Origin: Promethearchaeota archaeon
GTDB lineage: Archaea; Asgardarchaeota; Thorarchaeia; Thorarchaeales; Thorarchaeaceae
Direction of reading: 5' to 3'
Assembly: GCA_014728035.1 (NCBI GenBank)
Contig: WJMJ01000022.1
Location: forward strand, 1-64,000
Length of the DNA stretch: 64,000 nucleotides
Both the position numbers and the translations under genes were made by a program. Numbering within the stretch: the first letter of the stretch is position 1; each line of letters opens with the position of its first letter. Of this stretch, positions 56,872-64,000 are shown piece by piece. The notes under the pieces were generated by a model. That model was not told where the DNA came from, searched no databases, and saw only the letters and a list, made by a program, of their open reading frames with translations.

Positions 56872-57819
56872 GTGAGTATAATGTCCGATGAGAAACCATC
56901 TGAAACAGTTGATTCGGAAGAACCTGAAACAGAGGATATTTGGGATAAATGGCGTCGTGCTGGTGTGGTAGCTCGTGAAGCACTAAAGATTGCAAAACCA
57001 ATGGTTAAACCAGGTACAAAGGTGCTTGATATTGTCGAAGCAGTTGAGTCATATATCATAGAGAACTCGTCTGGTTGTTCATTTCCTTGTAATGTTGCGT
57101 TAAATAATATTGCAGCCCATTACACCTCCCCACTTAATGATGAGACTATTATTGCTGAGGGTGATTTGGTCACAATTGATTGCGGAGCACATATCGATGG
57201 GTGCATATCCGATAGCGCAATCACAATAGCTTTGAATCCTGACCATGAGGCTTTAGTCAAGGCATCTCGCGATGCAACAAATGTTGCTATTCGTATGCTC
57301 AGACCCGGTGCCAAACTCAATACTATTGGTGCATTAATAGAGGACACCATTAAGAGTGCAGGATTTGAACCTGTGAAACAACTTACTGGTCACCAGTTAC
57401 AAGAATACGAACTTCATAGTGACAAACAAATTCCCTGTGTGGCTGGAAAGTCCGAAGTCCTTGTTGAGGAAGGCGAGGTATATGCAGTTGAAACTTTTGC
57501 AAGTACTGGGTCTGGTAATGTATCGGATCTTCCCAATCCGGTAATTTATCAACTTCTTCCAATTCGCGTGCCAGTTCGATTCAGAGGAAGTAGGCAGTTT
57601 CTCTCGATTGCTAGAAAGAATTATGGTGAATTTCCATTTGCAGAACGTTGGCTTGCAAAAGAGATGAAGCATGCTACTCTCAAGATGGCAGAACGCGAAT
57701 TGAAAAAGAATGGCGCACTCATCGCACATCACATTCTGGCTGAGGAAAAAGAAGAATTTGTTTCACAGAGTGAACATACGGTTATCATCACTGAAGACGG
57801 TCATGAAAAGACTACTTAG
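56872..57819 (+). CDS. map: Methionine aminopeptidase type II
   Basis: FPCN, AAHY, IDCGAHIDG.I.D, LTGH, AVETF, SQSEHT. Confidence 0.96.
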   Translation: MSIMSDEKPSETVDSEEPETEDIWDKWRRAGVVAREALKIAKPMVKPGTKVLDIVEAVESYIIENSSGCSFPCNVALNNIAAHYTSPLNDETIIAEGDLVTIDCGAHIDGCISDSAITIALNPDHEALVKASRDATNVAIRMLRPGAKLNTIGALIEDTIKSAGFEPVKQLTGHQLQEYELHSDKQIPCVAGKSEVLVEEGEVYAVETFASTGSGNVSDLPNPVIYQLLPIRVPVRFRGSRQFLSIARKNYGEFPFAERWLAKEMKHATLKMAERELKKNGALIAHHILAEEKEEFVSQSEHTVIITEDGHEKTT

Positions 57820-58004
57820 GGGAAATAACTCTCCACAACAGCTTTCCAACCGTCATATCAGTTCCATATTGAGATATTCGGCATCCCAGAAGTATTAAAT
57901 GCGTTTTTTCCCTAAAATAGGGTGTGTGGTTCCGGAGAGAAACCTCGAAACTGATTGTGTGCCATAATCATTGACTGCATTGTACACCGGTACCTGCTTG
58001 TGGA

Positions 58005-58991
58005 GTGGAGAAATTGGATCAGATGAAAGGCGCAGTTAATTCAACAGGCGCTCCAGAAAGTGAAAGTGCCGAGACCCTAACATGTCCAGAGTGTGGATCA
58101 ACAGCTGTTGTAGAAGATACTACTCGAGGAGAGCGAGCATGTGAGAATTGTGGACTAGTTCTGTCAGACCATAGGATTGATACTGGTGCTGAATGGCGCG
58201 CATTCAGTGCTGAAGAGTCCGAGTCACGTAGTCGGGTGGGAGCCCCCATGCGGTATACAGTACATGATAAAGGACTTTCTACCGTTATTGATTGGAGAGA
58301 TAGAGACACCTCTGGAAAGAAACTTAGTCCAACACGAAGATCACAGATCTATCGTCTCAGAAAATGGCAGATTAGATCTCGAGTACATAGTTCTATTGAT
58401 CGTAATCTGGCTCAGGCTATGTCTGAGCTTGAACGTTTGGCATCTCAACTTGGCATCCCAAAACCAATTCGTGAACAATCTGCTTTATTGTATAGAAAAG
58501 CAGTTCAGAAGAATCTTGTCCGAGGACGCTCTATCGAGGCGATGGTTGCTGCAACACTATATGCTGCATGTCGAATCAGACAGAAACCACGTCCCCTTGA
58601 TGAAGTAGCTGACGCATCCAGAATTGATAGGAAGAAATTAGGACAGTGTTATCGTCTTCTTCTTCGAAGTCTTAAAGTCAAAATCCCTCTCTCGAATCCT
58701 GTAGATTATATTTCTCGATTTACTTCCCAGTTGGAACTATCTAGTTCCGTACAATTACGAACAATTGAAATCCTACAACGGAGTCGGGACATTGGTCTGA
58801 CAATCGGCCGGGACCCATTAGGTCTCGCAGCTGCAGCTATCTATGTTGCTTCTATTATGCTCGATGAACGGAGAACTCAACGTGAGATTGCAGAAGTCGC
58901 TAGAGTTACTGAAGTCACTGTAAGGAATCGCTACAAAGAAATTGTTAAGCGCCTCGACATTAATAGTATGGGACTTCCTAGTTCACACTAA
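58005..58991 (+). CDS. tfb: Transcription initiation factor IIB (TFB)
   Basis: Zn ribbon CPEC...CENCG, B-reader EWRAF, two cyclin repeats, TEVTVRNRYKE; start may be 58014 or 58023. Confidence 0.98.
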   Translation: MEKLDQMKGAVNSTGAPESESAETLTCPECGSTAVVEDTTRGERACENCGLVLSDHRIDTGAEWRAFSAEESESRSRVGAPMRYTVHDKGLSTVIDWRDRDTSGKKLSPTRRSQIYRLRKWQIRSRVHSSIDRNLAQAMSELERLASQLGIPKPIREQSALLYRKAVQKNLVRGRSIEAMVAATLYAACRIRQKPRPLDEVADASRIDRKKLGQCYRLLLRSLKVKIPLSNPVDYISRFTSQLELSSSVQLRTIEILQRSRDIGLTIGRDPLGLAAAAIYVASIMLDERRTQREIAEVARVTEVTVRNRYKEIVKRLDINSMGLPSSH

Positions 58992-59051
58992 TAGGATGTC
59001 AAATATAGTAAGATGTACCTAGATTAGACTGGTATGATAGTCTGGTTCAGG

Positions 59052-59390
59052 TCATCTTCTGCCACCTTTGAATCCCCAGTCAATTGCAATTTGCTCTTCA
59101 GGGAATCCCAGTTTGCCAAGTACTTTGCCAATTGTACCTCGATGATCACCTTGAAGTTCAATATGGCCATGTTTGGCTGCTCCGCCACATGCAAGTTTGG
59201 ACTTGAGCTTAGAAGCGAGGTCGCTAAGGTCTATATTCTTATCAAAACCTTCAACGACTGTATACATTCTGCCCCATTTTCGGCGTTCGACAGTTACCGT
59301 AATTCGGGCCTCTTCTTGTGCGATTGTTTCGCAGACACAAAGGTCTACTGGCAATCCGCAATTTGGACATATTCCGCCTTCGTCTGACAG
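59052..59390 (-). CDS. sui1: Translation initiation factor aIF1/SUI1, probable CTG start
   Basis: CPNCGLP.DLCVCE, LKSKLACGG, IELQGDHR; in-frame TGA at 59394-59396 limits the start to CTG 59390 (or ATA 59372). Confidence 0.9.
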   Translation of the reverse strand: MSDEGGICPNCGLPVDLCVCETIAQEEARITVTVERRKWGRMYTVVEGFDKNIDLSDLASKLKSKLACGGAAKHGHIELQGDHRGTIGKVLGKLGFPEEQIAIDWGFKGGRR

Positions 59391-59526
59391 ATTTCACTTA
59401 CTCCTGATATTTTCTATTAGCTAAAGCTGTAATCTGTATTGTAATTATATCTTTAATAAGTTCCGTCTTGGTATATCCGTTCCATTTGAAAAGAGTAAAG
59501 AATGACTATGCAAGGAAGCACTTTCC

Positions 59527-61110
59527 ATGACAGATTCAGTTCTGATTATTGATGCATTGAGTGCTGGTACCGGACATCGCACTAGTTCTCGGGATTCTAT
59601 TGGGTGTGGACCTAGAACAATTGCAGGTGTATTTGAACTGCATAACTTCTCATGTAATATTAGTCGTATAGAAGAAGTACTCACTAAGAAAGGAGCTGCA
59701 CGAGGATTTGAACATCTTGCAATCAGTGCTATGTCTATGGACCTCCCGGTCGTAAAGCAAGCGACTAAGATGTGGCGACGTACCCGCCCCAAGGGAAAGG
59801 TTCTCTTAGGTGGCCCGATTGCAGCTGCACCACGAACTATTCTTTCTGAGATTCGTCCTGATGTGCTTATACTTGGTGAGGGGGAGGCCACACTGGAACA
59901 CCTAATCAAGTCCGATTTCTTTGAAACTTCTATAGATCTTTCTGAGATTCCTGGTATAGCGTTTACTCATCACTCGGATGTTATAATTACTCCCAAAAGA
60001 CCTACAATTTCAGAAGAACACTTATCCGATTATTTTCAACCTTCTACTATCCGTATTATGGACTATCCCGGATATCAAGCAAGCCGAGTGTATGTTGAGG
60101 TTCTTAGAGGATGTTCCAACTTTCAACGAACAAAAATCAGACTGCCTGATGGTCGGTCATGTACTGATTGTGGTTCTTGTGATTCTATCGACCCCTCTAC
60201 TCGTTTGGACTGTCCTGAAGATATCCCTCCTGGCTGTGGTTTTTGTAGTGTTCCAACGACCTGGGGGGCTCCTCGGAGCAGAAGCGAGGCTGCCATCGTT
60301 CGTGAAATTCAGAGTTTGTTGGACCTAGAAGTTCACCGAATCGTGTTAGAAGCTCCTGGTTTCTTAGATTATCAAAGAGGCCCCTATCCCTTAACTACCC
60401 CCTGTTCACCTTCTGCTAATATTGAAGCCGTTTCATCACTTCTATCCAAGATCAAATCGCTACCACAAATGCAAGATGGAACCGCTCATCTATCAATAGA
60501 GAATATCAAGGCTTGTTTATTCACCGAATCAGTTGCTGAGACGTTCTCTAGATTTTTACCCGGAAACACTCCTAATATTGGAATGGAATCGGGGTCAGAA
60601 AGTCATGCTCGTGCTATTGGCAAATGCAGTTCTCCTCAAGATGTTCTGAAAGCTGTGAGGATAGCTAAGAAGCACAATCTTGATCCTTTTGTATACTTGA
60701 TCTACGGATTACCTGGTGAGGACTTTCTAACAATAAAGAAGAGCATTGAGATGGTTGAAGAGTTGACCGATATCGGTGTGGAACGTATAATTCTCTATGG
60801 ATTCAGACCTCTTCCTGGATCCGCTTTTGCAGATTTTGAACCTCCATTACATGATAGTCCTATGATTACAAAACTGAAAAAAGCGGTACGTACGGCTAAC
60901 AGAGACCGTAAGTTCACATATCTGGGCCGTGTAATCAAATCTATTGCAGCTGAACCCTCAAAGACTCATTCTGGGTATACCATGTTTTATCCTCTCCAAG
61001 AAGGACCACTAATTACTGCGCAAGGTGGATATTCTGCGGGGACTCTTGTCAACATTGAGATAACCGAAGTACTCAGTGATGGTCTGGTTCGGGGCGAGGT
61101 TGTGAAATAG
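59527..61110 (+). CDS. B12-binding-like domain + radical SAM + TRAM-like protein
   Basis: GGP, D.LI.GEGE, EVLRGC...GCGFC, G.ESGS, YGLPGE, C-terminal beta-rich domain. Confidence 0.85.
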   Translation: MTDSVLIIDALSAGTGHRTSSRDSIGCGPRTIAGVFELHNFSCNISRIEEVLTKKGAARGFEHLAISAMSMDLPVVKQATKMWRRTRPKGKVLLGGPIAAAPRTILSEIRPDVLILGEGEATLEHLIKSDFFETSIDLSEIPGIAFTHHSDVIITPKRPTISEEHLSDYFQPSTIRIMDYPGYQASRVYVEVLRGCSNFQRTKIRLPDGRSCTDCGSCDSIDPSTRLDCPEDIPPGCGFCSVPTTWGAPRSRSEAAIVREIQSLLDLEVHRIVLEAPGFLDYQRGPYPLTTPCSPSANIEAVSSLLSKIKSLPQMQDGTAHLSIENIKACLFTESVAETFSRFLPGNTPNIGMESGSESHARAIGKCSSPQDVLKAVRIAKKHNLDPFVYLIYGLPGEDFLTIKKSIEMVEELTDIGVERIILYGFRPLPGSAFADFEPPLHDSPMITKLKKAVRTANRDRKFTYLGRVIKSIAAEPSKTHSGYTMFYPLQEGPLITAQGGYSAGTLVNIEITEVLSDGLVRGEVVK

Positions 61111-61175
61111 GTCTACAATGGCCTGAAGAAAAGCTTCATATGCACTCCAGACAGACTTTGAGCTGGTGCTTAGAA

Positions 61176-61319
61176 ATGGTCTATGTATGTCACAACTGTA
61201 GAAAAGAAGTGACACCGGAGGGACTCAAAACACTACCAGGTGTGAAATGTCCATATTGCGGTGGCAGAATTCTATACAAAATACGCCCTCCTGTTGTTAA
61301 GCGAGTCAAAGGTGTATAA
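61176..61319 (+). CDS. rpo12: RNA polymerase subunit Rpo12 (P) (not in ORF track)
   Basis: Read manually: MVYVCHNCRKEVTPEGLKTLPGVKCPYCGGRILYKIRPPVVKRVKGV. Confidence 0.93.
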   Translation: MVYVCHNCRKEVTPEGLKTLPGVKCPYCGGRILYKIRPPVVKRVKGV

Positions 61320-61332
61320 ATATAGCCTGTTA

Positions 61333-61356
61333 TTCAAGCCCATTTCAGGGCTTGAA
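61333..61356. terminator. 9-bp hairpin between convergent rpo12 and micro-ORF
   Basis: TTCAAGCCC-N6-GGGCTTGAA. Confidence 0.5.
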
Positions 61357-61443
61357 GATTAGAGCTGCTGCAGCTAACATAGACACTAGAAACAGCATAA
61401 GAAAACAGACTCCAATAAGTTTCTTCTTCAATGCATATCTCAT
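61345..61443 (-). CDS. 32-aa single-TM micro-protein (not in ORF track)
   Basis: MRYALKKKLIGVCFLMLFLVSMLAAAALIFKP; ATG lies 1 nt after the ATPase stop. Confidence 0.6.
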   Translation of the reverse strand: MRYALKKKLIGVCFLMLFLVSMLAAAALIFKP

Positions 61444-61444
61444 T

Positions 61445-62404
61445 TTATTCATCATTCCCTATTAGAATATCTCCAAGTCTTCTAAGGCCTTCTACTCCTC
61501 TTATCTCTTGGTTAAATAAAGGCACCTCGGTTAATTCCATGTCTTGGTACAACTCTCTGATATCTTCCATATTAGATTGCTGCATTTGTCGTCTTTTATT
61601 GCAAAATTGACATGATGGACTTTCTGGTACTAACTGATTAATAACGATGTTATTTGCTGGAATATTCCAAGCATGAAGGCTTGCCAAGAGACGTTGAGTT
61701 TCAAATACAGCCATTGCTTCTGGTATCATGACCACTACAAATTGAGTCACTTCTTCATCAGCTAGCTCGATTCGGGCAGCTCTGATTTTTTCCTTTGTCT
61801 GTTGAAGCATTTCCCATGAGCGATCTTCCTCTCCGCCTCCTCCAAACATCGACTTGAGACCTGACATCATTGAACTGAGTCGTTGTCTTAGAGTTAGCAT
61901 TTTACCAAGCCAGCTATCAAGAAGTTCTGGTAGCTCTAAGAGTTTGAGAGTGTGGCCTGTGGGCGCAGTATCAAAAATAACTCTGTCATAGGATGAATCT
62001 TCAATAAATTCTAATATCTTTCCAAAGGCCATTGCTTCATCAGAACCTGGAGGCGCCATACCGCCAACATCGCCCATGAATTGGGATGCCATCTCCATCT
62101 CAGGCCCACCTGCTCCAGAACCCATTGCGGTCTGGAATTCTTCCATTCCTTTCTCCGTATTGATCTCCATTCCCCAGAGATTGTCAACTCCCTCGATTGG
62201 AATGACTTCTCCACCAGCAAGGTTTTGATCAAAACTATCTGAGAGGCTATGAGCTGGGTCTGTGGATAAGACAAGTGTTCGATATCCGTGCTGTGCTGAC
62301 AAAACTGCCATTGCACCAGCACAACTGGTCTTTCCAACACCGCCTTTGCCGCCAGAAAGAATGAATTTGATTGTATCCTTGTATATTATCTCTCTAAGAG
62401 TCAT
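61445..62404 (-). CDS. Get3/TRC40-like (single-domain ArsA family) ATPase
   Basis: GKGGVGKT, STDPAHSLSD, DTAPTGHT, Met-rich insert, CQFC motif. Confidence 0.88.
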   Translation of the reverse strand: MTLREIIYKDTIKFILSGGKGGVGKTSCAGAMAVLSAQHGYRTLVLSTDPAHSLSDSFDQNLAGGEVIPIEGVDNLWGMEINTEKGMEEFQTAMGSGAGGPEMEMASQFMGDVGGMAPPGSDEAMAFGKILEFIEDSSYDRVIFDTAPTGHTLKLLELPELLDSWLGKMLTLRQRLSSMMSGLKSMFGGGGEEDRSWEMLQQTKEKIRAARIELADEEVTQFVVVMIPEAMAVFETQRLLASLHAWNIPANNIVINQLVPESPSCQFCNKRRQMQQSNMEDIRELYQDMELTEVPLFNQEIRGVEGLRRLGDILIGNDE

Positions 62405-62485
62405 TATCGTCCACTAAACTCTTCATTTTCTGTATGACTATTAATCCTTCTATCTGCTGTTTTTAGACTCATCACGAATAGACTT

Positions 62486-63271
62486 ATGGCATTTCAAACT
62501 TCATCCATACTTGGTTCAATCTGTTTCCGTGCAATCCAGGAGGTTGCTTTCGTGTCATTTCCTCAAGTACGCACATCTGTCGATGAATTCCCCTCAACAA
62601 TTCTGAAGTTATTAGATATTTCAGTACCAGCTAATTTTCCTCCTCCAAACGAGGAGATTGTATCTAAATTCAATCCTAAAGCTATGGTTATGATTATGAT
62701 TGATAATTTTGGTCTTTTTGAAGCGGTTGTGTACAAACCTGAGGCTCTGATTAGAAATATGGAAGCACTTGCACTTCTCGAAACCGATGACCCGTATGCC
62801 GAACCATTAATCAAACGGATCTTACAGGGCTCGAATAGTGGTTTTCATCTTGTTCAGCACGTTCGCCAGTTTGGCAAATTTGTCAAGGTTGTATGCAGAG
62901 ATGATGAAACTGACCTGTTTGGTTTTGACAAAGGTTATACTGTAGGTGTGCGGGATGACATGTCTACATATGTAGAATCTACAAAACATGTCTTTCGCAG
63001 CGAGCTCTTATACCTCCATTTTCTAGATTTTGAATCACTCTATGCACAATATGGTCATCGCACACCTCCAACCAAGCTTCTTGAAAAAATAGTGAAACGT
63101 ACTGATAATTGGGTTAAGGTGTTATTACGACAAGCCAGAGTCGGAACGCTCTTTGTCATTGTGGGAAACCATGGCCGTCACACTATTCCTCTTGATTATG
63201 ATGGGAAGCTCGCAGAATGGAGAAAAGCTAATGCTCCGGTTGCTATCATGTTTCAGAAAAGATCCGAATAG
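62486..63271 (+). CDS. Divergent alkaline-phosphatase-superfamily protein
   Basis: MIDNFG, YLHFLD, VIVGNHG resemble the D-G / D / SDHG core; start may be GTG 62552. Confidence 0.55.
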   Translation: MAFQTSSILGSICFRAIQEVAFVSFPQVRTSVDEFPSTILKLLDISVPANFPPPNEEIVSKFNPKAMVMIMIDNFGLFEAVVYKPEALIRNMEALALLETDDPYAEPLIKRILQGSNSGFHLVQHVRQFGKFVKVVCRDDETDLFGFDKGYTVGVRDDMSTYVESTKHVFRSELLYLHFLDFESLYAQYGHRTPPTKLLEKIVKRTDNWVKVLLRQARVGTLFVIVGNHGRHTIPLDYDGKLAEWRKANAPVAIMFQKRSE

Positions 63272-63272
63272 A

Positions 63273-64000
63273 TTATATCAAAGCAGGAAGTCCGAATAGG
63301 ATTGCAATAGCTCCTAAGAGAATGCAAAGCTTCCAGAAACTTACTTTCTTGGCAATTCGAAGCAAAAATTCCATTGACGCAAGACCTACAATAAATACTA
63401 CTATTTCAATCAGGACCAAATCTATTGGTGCTACGGGAAGGGGAGCATTTCCAATCACCACATCCAAAACGAATATTCCCAGTACAGCTGGGACACTCAT
63501 TAGAAAACTGAATGCCATTGCTTTTTCTTTCTCAATCTTTTGCATTAGCAGAGCAGATATTGTTATCCCTGAACGACTGAGACCGGGTAACACAGCAAAC
63601 CCTTGAGCTAATCCCGCGAATAAGGCTTGTTTCGATTCAGGTTCCTCAACCTGTTCAATCTCTGCATTTTCAGCATTACGTGTTGGTAGATACAAGAAGA
63701 CTGCAGTTACGAACAGTAGTCCACCTACTAGCACATTCACAATTTCTCCATGGAATGTTGTAAGCGTTTCTTTAAGCACAAGATAAAGTGGTATTGCCGT
63801 AATTGCTGTTCCAATGGTTGCGATAAGTAGCGTTCGAAACAATTTTTGATCCTTGAAGCTAATAATCTCTAGTATGGTTCTAGGATATCTGACTATCACT
63901 GCCAATGCGGTTCCAAGATGAAGCCACACTACTAAGGTCAGCATCTGACTCATGGGAATTGTTGCAAAATTGTATATGTATAGAACAGCTTGCCCCTCAC
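63273..64000 (-). CDS. uppP: Undecaprenyl-diphosphate phosphatase (UppP/BacA family), 5' end beyond the window
   Basis: LHLGT.LA, AQGFAVLPGLSRSGITI, FSFLMSVP; the frame stays open past the track start to the window edge. Confidence 0.9.
   Translation of the reverse strand, partial: EGQAVLYIYNFATIPMSQMLTLVVWLHLGTALAVIVRYPRTILEIISFKDQKLFRTLLIATIGTAITAIPLYLVLKETLTTFHGEIVNVLVGGLLFVTAVFLYLPTRNAENAEIEQVEEPESKQALFAGLAQGFAVLPGLSRSGITISALLMQKIEKEKAMAFSFLMSVPAVLGIFVLDVVIGNAPLPVAPIDLVLIEIVVFIVGLASMEFLLRIAKKVSFWKLCILLGAIAILFGLPALI

Noticed and set aside
57900-58005. Possible structured leader upstream of tfb
   Set aside because: Only short, weak helices, not distinguishable from chance without homologues
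61445-62404. Arsenite-efflux ArsA
   Set aside because: Single domain with Get3-type insert and CxxC; no arsB, acr3, arsD or arsR nearby
1-64000. Mobile elements, proviruses, rRNA genes
   Set aside because: No transposase, integrase, capsid or rRNA-like sequence recognised; no duplicated tRNA 3' end (att site) seen

Overview
This is a gene-dense chromosomal window from an archaeon, very probably an Asgard archaeon of the Thorarchaeia type. Support comes from a two-domain gelsolin, a roadblock/LC7 protein, archaeal ribosomal proteins, TFB, TiaS, GGGP synthase and HdrA. The core is the L22-spc-secY-adk-L34e-cmk-L14e-cbf5 ribosomal superoperon (25.3-41.6 kb) plus S13-S4-S11, flanked by metabolic and housekeeping genes. 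Reading outside the ORF track recovered a two-intron tRNA-Ser(GGA), the RNase P RNA, rps14, rpo12 and several micro-ORFs. The most unusual observations are: (1) a stand-alone operon of three translationally coupled 27-34 aa peptides converging on the RNase P RNA; (2) a degenerate MCM paralogue coupled to an orphan DNA methyltransferase; (3) an aIF1/SUI1 gene whose conserved N-terminus can only be reached from a non-canonical (CTG) start; (4) a Get3/TRC40-like ATPase coupled to a 32-aa single-TM peptide; (5) a ~185-nt structured leader in front of rpl22; and (6) an Hsp20 gene and an L32e with doubled HhH domains inside the ribosomal operon. I saw no CRISPR array, rRNA or mobile element. All family assignments are from motif recognition by eye; no database search was run.
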